Below, one piece after another: positions 42,611 through 55,785 of a DNA stretch of 64,000 nucleotides. The translations under genes and the position numbers were made by a program. Positions within the stretch are counted from its first letter, which is position 1. Each line of letters opens with the position of its first letter. Source of the stretch: Nemertoderma westbladi (Eukaryota; Animalia; Xenacoelomorpha); assembly GCA_032718475.1 (NCBI GenBank), contig JAUCBJ010001639.1:1-64000 (forward strand), in the 5' to 3' direction. The notes below the pieces were generated by a model that saw only the letters and a program-made list of their open reading frames with translations, made no database searches and was not told the origin of the DNA.

Positions 42611-43555
42611 CGAGAAAGGCATTTCCTAAAGGAAATGCAACCACGAAGCTAAGGAAAATTAAACAAACGGCCACACTTTGGTTCGTTGCTTGCTTAGCCT
42701 CGTTTAGTAGCAATTGTCAATAATTAACTTCTATTCCCATGGAAACTAGAGTTCGCTGGAACTGTTGCTTTAACCTTTGAAAAAAAATTCAGTACAGATT
42801 GTGGTTCAGATAACACATGTACTGAGTTTTAGAAAATATTGTAGTTTATGTCCAAATTACCGATTTTCTATCAAAATGCATCTGTTTGTAGTGGTTGTCA
42901 TGGAAACTGAAAAATAGAACAATGTAATTCGGATGCAGAATAAGTCATATAGTGGGGGTAGGTGTTGGTCCCAAGTCATAATACTATTAACTTGTGCTTC
43001 AAATTATCATTTTATAAATTTTAATATCTGTTTAGTCTTGTTGCTATGGTGACTGGAATTTCTAATTAACCTCGAACGGCTTGGATATGAACCTTATAGT
43101 TGAGTTGAGAAATTCAGGCTTAGGCTTCAAATTAACATTTTATAAATTTTAACATCTGTTTATCCCGGTTGCCAAGGTAACTGGATTTTCTACTTAGCCT
43201 CAATCGGATCTGCTATGGACCTTATAGTTGTGTTGCGAAACCCCAAGTTTATATCTATTATAGTTTTCCTACAAATAGAGTTATAAATATTGACTTGAAA
43301 TACATAGACTTTTTTTGAAGTCCGTTGCCATGGAAACCAGATTTTTCCTGGATATGAGACCCGGCCCAAAAGATGCGCCTCGTCGAGTAGTATATACATG
43401 CAAAATTTCAGGGTACTTTTAAAGGCTAGTTTTTTCGCCTATCAAAAAACCCCAAATCTGCCTCACACAAGTAAAATAGCCCACTATGAATAGACCATCT
43501 CAGCTAAGGAAAATCTTTCTTAGCGAAAGTAGTTGATTTTCCTTAGCTTCGTGGA
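42611..43555 (-). mobile_element. Non-autonomous Helitron/Helentron-like element, copy 2 (internally deleted)
   Basis: Same termini and internal sequence as copy 1; 3' end CTCG variant; A|TC 5' junction. Confidence 0.75.
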
Positions 43556-43663
43556 TTTTCTGATGCGATTTTCCATTTAGATTTGATTATTGGAGATTTT
43601 AATACTAACTTAGATTTTCCCTGTTTAGGAACAATAACCTCTGCCTCTTTCCCTAGGTGCTTA

Positions 43664-44917
43664 CTAGAAAGGCATTTCCTAAAGGAAATGCAACCACGAA
43701 GCTAAGGAAAATTAAACACTCTTTGACTCATCAGTTCATTGATTTACCGAGTTAAAAGAACTCCCGGTATTGCCATGGTAACTGGACTTCTCTAGAACTG
43801 CTGAGTTTTACATTAAGATCTAGTTTGTGGTTCCAGTTGACACATCGACTTCAAGTAAGCTTCATTGAGTAGTTTATGTGCAAAATTAATTATTAATTTG
43901 TTAAAAAGTCTGTTTGCGGTGGTTGTCATGGTAACTGGCAAATAGAACAACGTAGATTGGATGCAGAATAAGTGATATTATGGTGGTAGGGGTTGGTCCC
44001 AAGTCATAATGCCTTTAACTTGTGTTTCTAATTATAATTTTTTAAATTATAACATCTGTTTAGCCTGGTTACCAAGGTAACTGGATTTTCTAATTATCCA
44101 CCAGCGTCTCCTCTGAGGACCTTCCTTATAGTTGAGTTGGGAAACCCAATATTTATATCTAATACAGTTTTTCTACAAACAAGAGTTAAAAATATAGACT
44201 TGAATGATATTGACTTTAATAAGCTCCAGTTACCATGGTAACTAGATATTTCTGGAATGTTTTGAGTTTCACTAAAAGTTCCAACTAGTGGTCCAGATAA
44301 CACATACCCAGTTTTGTAAAATTTGATCGTGAAGTCTATGTCCAAATGAATAATTTTTGTATAAAAACATCTGTTTTCAGCGGTTGTCATGGTAACTGCA
44401 AAATAGAATAATCAAATTCGGACGCAGAATAAGTTATATAGTGGCGGGTAGGGATTGGTCCCAAGTCATCACACCTTAACCTTAGGCTTCAAATTAACAT
44501 TTAAAAAATTTTAACATCTGTTTAGCCCGGTTGCCAAGGTAACTGGATTTTCTATTTAACCTCAATCGGCTCTGCTATGGACCTTATAGTTGTGTTGAGA
44601 AACCCCAAGTTTATATGTATTATAGTTTTCCTACAAATAGAGTTATAAATATTGACTTGATATACATAGACTTTTTTCTAAGTCCGTTACCATGGAAACC
44701 AGATTTTTCCTGGATATGACACCCGGCCCAAAAGATGCGCCTCGACGAGTAGTATATACATGCAAAATTTCAGGGTACCTTTAAAGGCTAGTTTTTTCAC
44801 CTATCAAAAAACCCCAAATCTGCCTCATACAAGTAAAATAGCCCACTATGAATAGACCATCTCAGCTAAGGAAAATCTTTCTTAGCGAAAGTAGTTGATT
44901 TTCCTTAGCTTCGTGGA
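43664..44917 (-). mobile_element. Non-autonomous Helitron/Helentron-like element, copy 3
   Basis: Same termini (A|TC...CTAG|T); the 3' internal units are more diverged. Confidence 0.75.
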
Positions 44918-45439
44918 TCCTGGAGGGGTTCTGGCTAATTTTCCTCTGAGGAAGTGAGAAATTCTGGACCAGTGAACCATGAATACATTATTAATTCAGC
45001 TGCTGTTGCACCCCGAGAAGCAATGTCAGCAGGATTCTGCACTGGCTTCCATTGATCTACTGTAGAAGAGTGTAAAATCTCTGTAATACGATTACGCACG
45101 AAATCCTTAAAGGTGCATCTGTTGTTGTGAAGTTATTGCAGCACCAATGAGGCATCTGTCCAGAAGATGGTAGAGTTAATGGGGATCTCGATTTGAGTTT
45201 TGATTAGATTAGCGAGTTGGACAGCATAAACAGCTGCCTGAAGTTCTGCTCGTGGAATGGTAACTATTTTTGGAGGAAGAGTTTTGGACTTACTTGATAT
45301 TAATGCAGTCTTGATCTCTCATGAACCACTTTCAGATTTAGCACGAAGGTATGCCACTACTCCAATGCCATGGTTACTGGCATCTGCGAAAACATGGAGG
45401 GCGAATATACGTCCAGAATTCTCCTTGAAATACTGACGG

Positions 45440-46142
45440 GGAATTTCATAAGTAAGTTTCATAAAAACTTCAATGACTATCAACTTCTTCTTGTAGAATT
45501 GCTTCTGAAACTCAGCCAACCTAGAAACCCAACATATCGAATATCTCAACAGCATTCCTTGGAAAAAATTCCACCCACTTCTACTCGACCACGGCCAAGT
45601 CGACCTTGCAAGTGGTGCCGAAGTCAAGTTCCAAGTGGCACTCGCACTAGGGTTTCGGAATCACGTTATCAGTGTGGCAGTTGTCCTGACAAAAAACCTA
45701 CATTACATATGGGTGCTTGTTTCGAGAATTACCCTAAGTACCTTTAGGATTGTTTTATAATAAAATGGACTATTCTGTAAAATGGTCTATACATCGTATT
45801 ATTTATACGTTTGATAAACCATCTGTTAAATATACAAATATGACATATCATTGATTTTTATACAATTAAAATAAAAATTAAATTTCGAAAATGAAAAAAA
45901 ATATAAAATGAAAATTTAAAAAAAAATTTTTTTATAAAATAAATATAAACTCATTAATTAGTAAATGAGTTAATGATTTAGTTAAAATTGTTAATTTATA
46001 AATAATTTATTACATTATTATAGTTCATTTTAATAATACAGTGTAATAATTTGATTTCTAACACGTTCTAAATTATAGCTCATTTTTATAAAATCTGCCG
46101 GATTTGAGATCAATGCAAGTTTATTAAGCCGTGTGCAAAGGG
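45440..46142 (+). mobile_element. 3' remnant of a second piggyBac family
   Basis: FQLLLVELLLK...RPCKWC...SRYQCGSCPDKKPTLH..ACFENY (PGBD cysteine-rich domain). Ends CCGTGTGCAAAGGG followed by TTAA (46143-46). Confidence 0.75.
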
Positions 46143-47561
46143 TTAATAACAACAGTTAAATTAAAAGCTTTCTCGCATCAGGGCTACTTCGGGTAATTAC
46201 TGTAATAAAAATGCATACAAACAGATCTCGCTAATCAATTTTCAGATTTGAAATCCTCTTTTCCTTTGTAACACTGGGCCCTATACATACTGTATGTGTG
46301 AATTACGGCCTTTTTATATTGAATATCTTGAGAACTATTGTAGATACGGTCTTCTCGATTATACCATTAGATAGAGCGCATTTTTTAGACCCAGACAAAG
46401 TGGATTTTTGAAAAATGCGACTTACGGTCTTATCACATTGCACGGCAGATATGTCCTACTAGATCCACCCCCCACTACTGACGAGGTATGTCCAACTAAC
46501 CACCCTTCCCCCAGTGTTGAGGTACAGTACTACCGAATACCCCCCCCCCCCCCCCCCCCCCCCCCCACGGATAATATTATGTTATCATGAAACATTTTGC
46601 TATTACGTCTATAGGATATCCCATTTTTACCCTAGAAATCAAAAAATAAATTTGGATAACCCCACATTAGGATGGGTAAAATTTATAGCTAGGGACTATA
46701 GCCCCCCCCCCCCCCCCCCACAATTACAATGGTAACTTTGTTCTCTAAGAAAAGAGCTTTCGAATGAGCCTAAAACGAACTTCGTACGACCACTAGAACT
46801 GGAGATTATACATTTTGAAGATCTCCGATGACCGATAAGTCTATTCCGTGTAATCCCGCAAAGACCGCAGAGTCGCTTATTCGAGTCCCGTCTTCATTCC
46901 GGAGACTTGAAGTTGTCTTATAAACTGACAAGTAGGTCCAATAATCATAAAAAAATACATTCTCAATTAAAATTTTATGCTCTTTCGCGTGGAGACATCC
47001 AATTGGCACCACTGAGCACAGAAAATGGCAGAAATTGAATGCAAACCCCAAACTTCATCACCTTTACCGATATCGTGATATATCGGAGCCAGTATCTTCT
47101 ATCCCAGATATCTCGAAAACTAAGCAAGATATGGGAAAACGGTTTCCATATTTGGATTCAGCATGAAATTCTGCATCAGATAGGATATGTTTCAAAAATT
47201 CGTCTTTTTGGTCAGAAAATGCGCTACCCCCCCCCCCCCCCCCCACCCTTACGTAGATACCTCATAATCCTATGTAACCTACCTAATCCAATTATACCAT
47301 TAAGTATGTAGACACATGACCACTCCTGGGATTTCCCTATCAACTTCTCCCAATCTTATAACCCAACCTGCAACCCTATATTTGTACTTTAGATTGACAG
47401 CTTACAACTAACTCGGTGTATTTTCCCTATCACAATTACCTTACGTTAGTTATACAGTACATACATATACGTTAACCTTTCTGGGATTCACCTATCAGGT
47501 ATTCCCCTTTAAAACTTATATATATATATATAGACCCCCACCTTTTCCTGTTAGTTGCCAG

Positions 47562-47608
47562 TACATAGTCTGATGCAGACCGGTAGGTCGAAAACGTTTA
47601 CTATTGTA
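47562..47608 (+). ncRNA. Variant minimal type I hammerhead ribozyme motif (Penelope-like)
   Basis: ATAGT-CTGATGCA-GACC GGTA GGTC-GAAA ACGT TT-ACTAT. Stems I and II pair, but the core deviates from CUGANGA. Confidence 0.5.
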
Positions 47609-47620
47609 TCTTTATCTAAT

Positions 47621-49298
47621 ACTAGAAAGCCCGTGGCCTTCGGCCACGGCTTTCTAGTTCACAAGCTTCTATACAATCAATCAATCAATGGACAATATCA
47701 AACATAAATAAATAAATTAATTAACTTAACAAAACTTTACATACGACTAACAGACTGATCCCGTTTTAGTTGCAGCTACATACAATAATAAACATAAGGC
47801 TTTATGTTGTAGTAGATACCTTCCAAGTAACACCTCCAATGGATTACAAATAATAAAATGTGAAAAGGTTTAAACTGTGTGTAATATTTTCCCCTTAGTG
47901 GAAAACTGTATAACTGCAGAGTAGTGGTTAGCGTCCTCGCAAACATAATCTATAGTGCAGTAGGTCACTGCAGCAACTCTATCGTATTAAAATGGAAGGT
48001 TTTAATTTCATACATTTCGCCCCCTAGTGGCAGACTGCATAATTATGCACTGGTTAGCGTCCTCCCCAAACATGACGACTATGGTGTAGTAGTCCTCTGC
48101 CAAGTGCCAAGTATCAGCAAAAAAGCATTCATAAACAACAAAATTGTAGGTTTCCTCATTCAGACATTTCATCCCCTAATAGCGGCAGACTGGGGAACTG
48201 TAGATTAGTCATCGTCTCCCCAAGCCCAAATACACACCCTACGGTGTAGTATACTCTGCTTGGTATCAGCAAAAAACATTATAAACATATTGTGTAAAGG
48301 ACCTAAGTCTCAGCTAAAAATCATTATTAATAACAAAATAGGATAAGATTTTCACTTTCAGACATTTTGCCTCCCAGTGGCAGACTGAAGAACCGCAAAC
48401 TGGTCGGCGTCCTCCCAACACGCAGCTATGGTCAGGTAGAATTTATTCTGCAAAGTGTCAGCAGAGTGGTTACGATGATGCAATAACTGCTGTTATAATT
48501 TCCTGCTTGCTGATCAGTAATTTCTCCGATAACAAAACAACTGCAGAATAATGCAATTTTACCTCAAAGACGCATTCATGCAAGTATCAAGTAAATGTGT
48601 AAAAAATCAGCCTCGAGATTGCCTTTACAATTCATGTTCACGGGCTGAGGATGGTCTGCATTATATAGGTGCACGCACATGGTAGAGTCAAGATCCAACT
48701 TGTAGGATGACGGACTGACGACCTGCTAGGCCTACCTCGCTAGCACCCATCCGGTACATTGCAAAAATGAATAATTGAATCATTTTGTGTTTATGATTAT
48801 AAACAATATGTGAACTGAAAAAAGCTAATCTAAGATTTACTGCTTGTTCTTACCAATGTAAGTCAAGAACCAATCACAGTAGATCCACTCCACTCTCCTG
48901 CTGGGTCCTATTTATTGAGATTACTACTTAACCAACCCAGCCTGCTGCAGGCCACCTATGATTGGTCTGCAAGTAGCTAGCTGCCTTGCTAACTAACTCT
49001 CAGCTTTGCCAGGCCTGTACTGCCAAAAGGAATATTTGAATCACTTTGAGATTTTATCACACAACATGTTGCAGCGAATACAAAATACGCATTCACGCAA
49101 GCATACGCGTAAAATAAGCCTCGAGATAGCGATAGTTTACGTGCTCGGGACGAGAGCTTTCGATCGATGTATCATTCGCTCAGATTGGTGCTCGTGTGTC
49201 GGAGCGTATAGCTTGGACAGACTCACAGACTCATAGACTCACAGACTCATAGACTCACAGACTCACAGACAGACAGAGACAGATAGATAGATAATATA
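47621..49298 (-). mobile_element. Helitron-like non-autonomous element with CTCF-motif repeat and microsatellite end
   Basis: Hairpin CCGTGGCC-TTC-GGCCACGG flanked by CTAG at 47621-58. Inverted copies of the 5030-6190 repeat at 47880-48400. (AGACTCAC/AGAT)n microsatellite at 49217-49292. Boundaries approximate. Confidence 0.5.
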
Positions 49299-49689
49299 AC
49301 CAGCTAAAGACCCTCAATACTTTATTTTTTCTATCATCTTTACACTATGCTGCCGCTGGTGAATGCCTACCACTTCATCCGTTCGATTAGAATAGACACC
49401 AGGCTCCGTTCCCTCGCCAGTATTAGTTTGTGTACTTAGTATCTGTTTATTTAGACACCCTGGACTGGGATTTGTTGTCAGATACTGTACGAGACCGTAT
49501 ACACTGCTGGATTCTACAGTAAGGTACATCGTTACTAGGATCTGGTAGGCGGTATACTACTGGACTTATCAGTAATATTGAAGATAAACTGTAATATGGA
49601 ATGCTATATTTTACTGAAACACACAGGTTCCGTATTTAAACATAACACCCACAAAGCACATTACACTCTCCGAGCAGATTCCGCAACAT

Positions 49690-52180
49690 AATAATATAAT
49701 AATAATAATAATAAATTATTTTTATTCAAAAACTCCGCAACAAGTTTTATAAGAAAAAAACCGCACAGAGGCAGCCTAACAGATAGATATCGTTATGGCT
49801 GATAATTATTGAATAAAGCGTCATTACCTAACTTTAATATATCTATATTTATTAATAATAATGTACTAAATGTATCTATCTATATGATCTACTCTACACT
49901 ACTTAGTACTGGGTAAGCACAATTAACATAATACTATCAATCATCAAGTTAACCAGCAGTCTCTGGTATTTTTGTAGTTTGTTTGCTATTTCGTTTAAGT
50001 TATTTCCTCACGGGCGTACATTTTGCTGAAATGGCTCCTAATTTTAGTTATAAATTCTTTGTATGACTTGAACTCACGGATATTTTTATCTAAGGAATTC
50101 CACAGTCGGGTGCTGCTTACCATTACGCTGTTGTACCCAAAAAGTGTATTTGTTTTTGGAATTTTAATACAAGAAGTTCTCGTATTTATATTATCGTTCT
50201 TTATTCCATAGTTTTGTAGGAAAGGTAAGCTAAGATTTTTAAACGGTGTCGATAGATCGTAAAAGTATTTATAATAGTATTTTAATGCATAGTAATTCCT
50301 AAGTGCTTGTAAATGTGGTAATTTTGCATGTGAACGTAGTTCTGTCCCTGTAGCGTCTCTAATTTTTTTGCAGTAAACGGTGCGTAATCCGTAATTTTGT
50401 ATTTTATCTAGCTCGTATAGTATGTTCTTGTACCCATGTGTTTCGTGAAGTGGAGCGATAATTTCACAGCAGTAGTTATGTAATGGCAGAACAGTTGCTT
50501 TAAATACAGTAAGTTTTGTGCTTGTTGGCAATTGGCCCTTTATTAGTCTTAGACAGGATACTGCGTGGGTCATTTTTTCTGTGATTGATTTAATTTGTGG
50601 TTTCCAATTTAGTTTGTTATCAATCAATACTCCTAAGTATTTGAATTGCGAACTTTGTTGTATTATTGTTTTTCCTAATTGTAGGTTAATTTCATTGATT
50701 TCAGTGGTTCTAGAATTAGGTGTTATTAAGATGAACTCGTTTTTTCCGGATTTACTTGCATTTTTAGAGTTAGAAATTGTCGTTCTATTTTTGTTATACG
50801 TTCCGCTAGTATTTTAGTGGCTGTTATCGGATCTGGCCCTGTAGCAAAGATAAGGGTATCGTCAGCGTATTGAATGATGTTAAGATTCTCAGATTCCGAT
50901 ATTTCATTGACGTATATGAGGAACATAAGTGGGCCTAGAAGCGTTCCTTGTGGAATTCCCCGTTCCGTCTGTTCCCAGCTAGAGTAGTCCCCATTTATTT
51001 TGACCCTTTGTTTACGATTGGTAAGGTAGTTGCGCATGAAAGTAACAGCAGTTGAGTGGAGTCCGATTTCTTTCAGTTTAAGGAGAAGTATACTGTGGTT
51101 CGGAGAGTCAAAAGCCTTACTTAAGTCAAGAGCTGCTACAGCAACATGGTTTCCTACGTCAAGTTTTGATCTCCAGTTCTCTGTTGCGTAAATTATAGCG
51201 TCCTTTGTAGAATATGATTTCCTAAATCCGAACTGTTTGGTTGGGAGTAGTTTATTTTTAGTTATATAATTTATTAATTGGATATAAATGACACGTTCAT
51301 ATATTTTTGCGAAATATGAAGAAGTTACTGATATTGGCCTATAATTATCTGCTTGTTCCTTGTCGCCTTTTTTGTATACTGGAGTTACATCTGCTAACTT
51401 AAGCCTACTGGGGAATTCTGATTTAGTTATTGATTGGTTAATTAAATAAGTCAAGACAAATACTATATAAGGTGCTATTAATTTTATTATTTTGGGTGGA
51501 ACTTTTGAGGGACCCTGTGATTTATTTTCATTTAGTTTTGAAATTATATCACAAACTGCAATTGCATCAATGTGTCTAAAACTGAAATTATTATTCTTAA
51601 CTTTTCGATTCATACATGATTTATACTTAATGTCCTCAAGTCCAAGAAAGTTTCCCAAATTTAGGTATGTTTTATTGAACAATGTTGCAATTGCTGTTGG
51701 TTTACTTATTACTTTTTTAATTTGTTTGTCTCGTAAGAAGTGAATTTTACAGGTTGTGCTCTGTTTGTTCAGAATATTGTTTACTATTTTCCATTTCTTA
51801 CGAGATGATTTTTCATTTGCGTATTTTGTTTTAATATATTTGTTTTTTGCAGCTCGATTCGCGGTGTTAAATTTATTTCTATCAATTTTGAATATTAAAA
51901 AGTCCGAATCTAGTTTTGATCTGCGCCAGTTAACCAATGATTGCGATCTTTTATTTTGTAGTGTTTGCAGATAATCGTCCCACCATGGTCGATTAGAGTT
52001 TATTTTATTATGGTTACTGGTATTTTTTATTAGTTTTCTTTTAGTCGGGGCATGCTTGTCTAGAATTTTTACAAATTCATCTTCAAAATTATTAAACGCT
52101 GTATCGATATCCGCAAGTTGATAGACACCCGTCCAATCAATGTTTTGTATATCTGCCAGAAATTTTTTTTCCGAGAAACC
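49690..52180 (-). mobile_element. 5'-truncated CR1/L2-group LINE (RT frameshifted)
   Basis: NYRPIS, QFGFRK, LDLSKAFD, GIPQGTLLGPLMFLIYVN and QYADDT in 50726-51937. The C-terminal part is in another frame (49995-50627, YLGV.ID.KLNW). (ATT)n tail at ~49690-49712. Confidence 0.88.
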
Positions 52181-52542
52181 ATTAATTTTAATTACATGTT
52201 ACAATCCGTATCGCTACCACTACGAAAAATAACTGACATAACATCATACAAGAATTAACAGACCCTTATAAGTTTAGTGGCGGTTTGTAACAAACTTAAC
52301 CTCTTGGCATAATGATATTAACACTTTCGGTACCTAACTGGAAATTATTCAAATCCCCAAATGCCCAATTCTATTAATTATAAATTATATTTATTATACC
52401 ATGGAAATGGTAAAATTGCCAGATCTAAAAAGTTCGCACAATAATTTAAATAAAATTATAAAAAGTTTGACGTCCGAATATAATCCATCAGATTACGCCT
52501 TAGCAGCCCAACTACTTGTTGAGGCTCGCTCAACGTGTTGGC

Positions 52543-52672
52543 GGGGTGTTCGGACACTTCCCCCCCGGACTCTTCCCCCCCGGACAGTTCCCTCCCGCTC
52601 AAGTAGGACACTCCCCCCCGGACACTTCCCCCCAGACACTTCCCCCCCGCGGACACTTCCCCCCGACTGTTC
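52543..52672. repeat. CGGACACTTCCCCCC array, DNA-transposon terminus
   Basis: About 7 tandem 15-16-bp units. A different array (GACGTTTCGGCC) marks another terminus at 53382-53480. Confidence 0.6.
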
Positions 52673-55600
52673 TTAACTTCGGGTAAGGTAAACGGACCGC
52701 TTGTATCCAGATAAGTTGTATCCAATTTTCCTTTCGTAGCTCAGAAAGTGATCTTTTGCATCCCGATTTTACATTTTATATCCAAGTTTTATTTATGGGT
52801 TTTATCAATGCAATTACATCGTATTGTTTGCTAATCTTTAAACAATTAATTATATTAGATGACCTATAAATTCCATCCCCGGAATGATATACTGTGTTTA
52901 TTAACTATAGAATTATAATAATTAATTGTTTTAATTATAGGTATTATTATGTAATAGTCTTCTTCAAATTGTAGCAGATGGGGATGAATATTATTGTTGC
53001 AATCAAAATTATACCTCTCTAGGGTAAAATCGACATGCGTCGACCTGTATTGTGTTCAGCATTACAGATGGATATACATACATATTACTACTATACATAC
53101 TATATAGATATTATACACACTATATATTAAATTTCCTGGTTACTTGCAATATTTTTAATAGGATTTTGTTGAATGATATAATATTGGTAGTAATTTATAT
53201 ATTAAATTGGTTAAAATTCAATACAGCTCCTACTTTAGGCTTAGTCAATTTATTATCTGATGATACAAACATGAATTAATTATTTCAAAGTGGTCTTAAG
53301 TCTTTCACGACGGGCACTCAGGGAAGTGCCGGGGTTTGGGGGCGGTAGCCCCCAACAAAAGAAGCGGGGGTTTGGGGGCGGCGGGTAACAGACGTTTCGG
53401 TCTAAGACGTTTTGGCCTAGGACGTTTCGGCCCAATTAATGAAATACAAGATTTGCTTGTCGGACGTTTTGGCCCAAAGATTCACTTTACTCTATTAGCT
53501 ATTAATAATAAGTTATTCAATATATTTGTTTTGTAGTTGTTACGTTCGTTACAAGAGGAGTTGTCAGTAGGAACTGCTCCGACACCTGTTTGAAAGTCGT
53601 CAAGATCGAAGTTCTACATTATATTTATAAATAATAACTAATGTAATATTATTATTATTATTTATTAATATAAATATACACCATACTGTAACTTAGAACA
53701 AAGATAACATATGCTGACAAATTAACTTTAGTATTATGATGATGGGGTTTCCCCCATAAAAAAACATACGTATTTTAAAATGTGAGTCAATAAATTAAGT
53801 ACATTAAAATAAACCGAATTAAAATTATTACTGTATTTTAATGTTGGTCTTAAAAATATAATAGATAAGAAATATTCCATTATAGGAGCATTGCCAATAA
53901 TTAAGAGACAGACAGGATGTCATATGGAATGAGATAAAATATATGCGTATTAAATTTAAATTTAGATGAAATGTATGCGTATTAAATTTAAATTTAGATG
54001 AAATGTATGCGCATTAAAAGGACCAGAGTGGATGTGAAGTGAAATAAAATATGTATTAATAAAAGGCTCTCTTTACTACATTCAGCTATCCCTGGAGGTT
54101 GATTGACAGACACTTCTAAGCTTTGATATTTAGCCGCTCTAGGTAGACTTACATTAGGCAAATTCCAAGTGACTTCCTAAAGGTTATTTATTTCCATTAT
54201 GTTCCTATTAGGATCCTATTAGGATCTATTAGGACGTTATTTGAAAGCGTTACTGTATAATAAATAATAATAATATATAGACTATACTGTAGATAGACTG
54301 ATTAATACGGAATACACATTTCAGAGTCATTGAATATTTATTCTAAACCTTTTTCAAATTGATTTAAATTACAGTATGTTTTCGCAATATTTGTTAATGA
54401 AATGATGAAATTATTATTATAAATGGGATTCGGAGGAGTATAGTGACGTCACGACCAATCACAGAGCGTTTTCAAATTTTGAATAATTTTTAAACTGAAA
54501 ACACCAATATCTCGGCTATTTTAGCATCTTATTGAATTCTGTAAACGCCATTGTGTTTCTGTGATATTATTGCATCTAATTAATCTGGTTTTGAATTTGA
54601 TTCGTGAACTCAATTAAAGTATAATAAATAAATAGTTATAATTATATACTGTACTGTAAATACGGCACACTGCCGCCTTTATATAATTATAACTTAACCC
54701 CCAGGGCGGCAGAGTGCTGCCTTTACATATCCGTGCCCCTTCCGTGCAATGCCGCTGTCATTACCTCCTGGTACAGAAGGTGAACGGTAACTTCCTCCTT
54801 GTCTATTCTCGATGTGTTTCCTGGTTGATATTAAAGAAAGCCCATCGGAATTCCTGGGCCTTCATCCTCTGCCTAGTCTAGTCATGTCACCTATGTCGGC
54901 CCATATGCCAGCCTTCTTGAACTGTTTCTCCACCATTCCGGTTTCTCTCTCACCAAACTGGTGGTGGCGCCTTTGGAAAGGCTCAGTACGGTAAGAGACA
55001 ACTAATTTTAACTCCAATCAACGTTAACATCTGAGATGGATTACACTTCTCTCCTTTATTCTACAATTATTTTGAGTTACGTGTTAAATGTTTCCTTAAT
55101 TTCCAGTTCCCATCCGTCGCATCAATACTCATCTGATTTATCCCATTGATCGGGACCTCCCTAGCACACTCTTATCTATGGGGTTGGTACAGTATATTAG
55201 TACCATTCTAAAGCTAAATTCCCAAATTACACTCTATCTATGGGGTGGTACTTTTATATACCCTTCTAATCTCCTAAGTATGGTCCCATTGACCCGGCAT
55301 TGGTACGTAATTATGTATGTTAGTATGTATGTAGGCCTACTCATCAGACGTACATAATTTCACTATGCACTCTTGTAATCCTATATGTATGGTCCCATTG
55401 ACCCAGCAATAGTGCGTATTATGTATTAGTATGGGTCCCATTGACCTGGCATTAGTACCTAATTATTTACGTTAGCACATATATACAGTAGTGCTTAACG
55501 GACACGTCGGCGCGTGTGGTATCTTGGAAATACTGATTCATTTATTAATATCACCTGGCAGCAATACTCGAGCTGAATATTTATTTATTTGTACTTCCCT

Positions 55601-55723
55601 CCTGTTTCACTCTAACATACTTGAGGCCGGTAGGTTCGCTGTTAGAGATAGGATATGCAACTTAAGACTGCCTGTTCAATAGAAGTGGATTAAGTGAGAG
55701 AGTGAATGTCAGAGACAAGTGGC

Positions 55724-55785
55724 TGAACTGGTTAGCGCTACTGATGAGGCCTGCTAGGCTGAAACGTACGTATAGCGCTGGTTCA
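55724..55785 (+). ncRNA. Canonical minimal type I hammerhead ribozyme
   Basis: Stem I AGCGCTA/TAGCGCT, core CTGATGA (55741), stem II GGCCT-GCT-AGGCT, GAAA, palindromic stem III ACGTACGT. Predicted cleavage after GUA at 55772. Confidence 0.85.

Larger units (their letters stand above)
39564..45440 (-). pseudogene. Older degenerate BEL/Pao pol (RNase H-integrase), interrupted by three Helitron-like insertions
   Basis: LHVFADAS..GIGVVAYLR (45319-45440); IPRAELQAA, NPADIASRG, WFTGPEFL (44920-45260); GCDLMGP, SDCGGNF, PWRGGAFERLI (40155-40706); C-terminal LQRPIQRLCLL (39564-40025). Many stops and frameshifts. Confidence 0.9.

Noticed and set aside
46408-47311. Proline-rich ORFs
   Set aside because: Produced by poly-C homopolymer tracts inside non-coding repeat sequence.
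48712-48740. Third hammerhead (CTGACGA-CCTGCTAGG)
   Set aside because: No GAAA box and no stems I or III.
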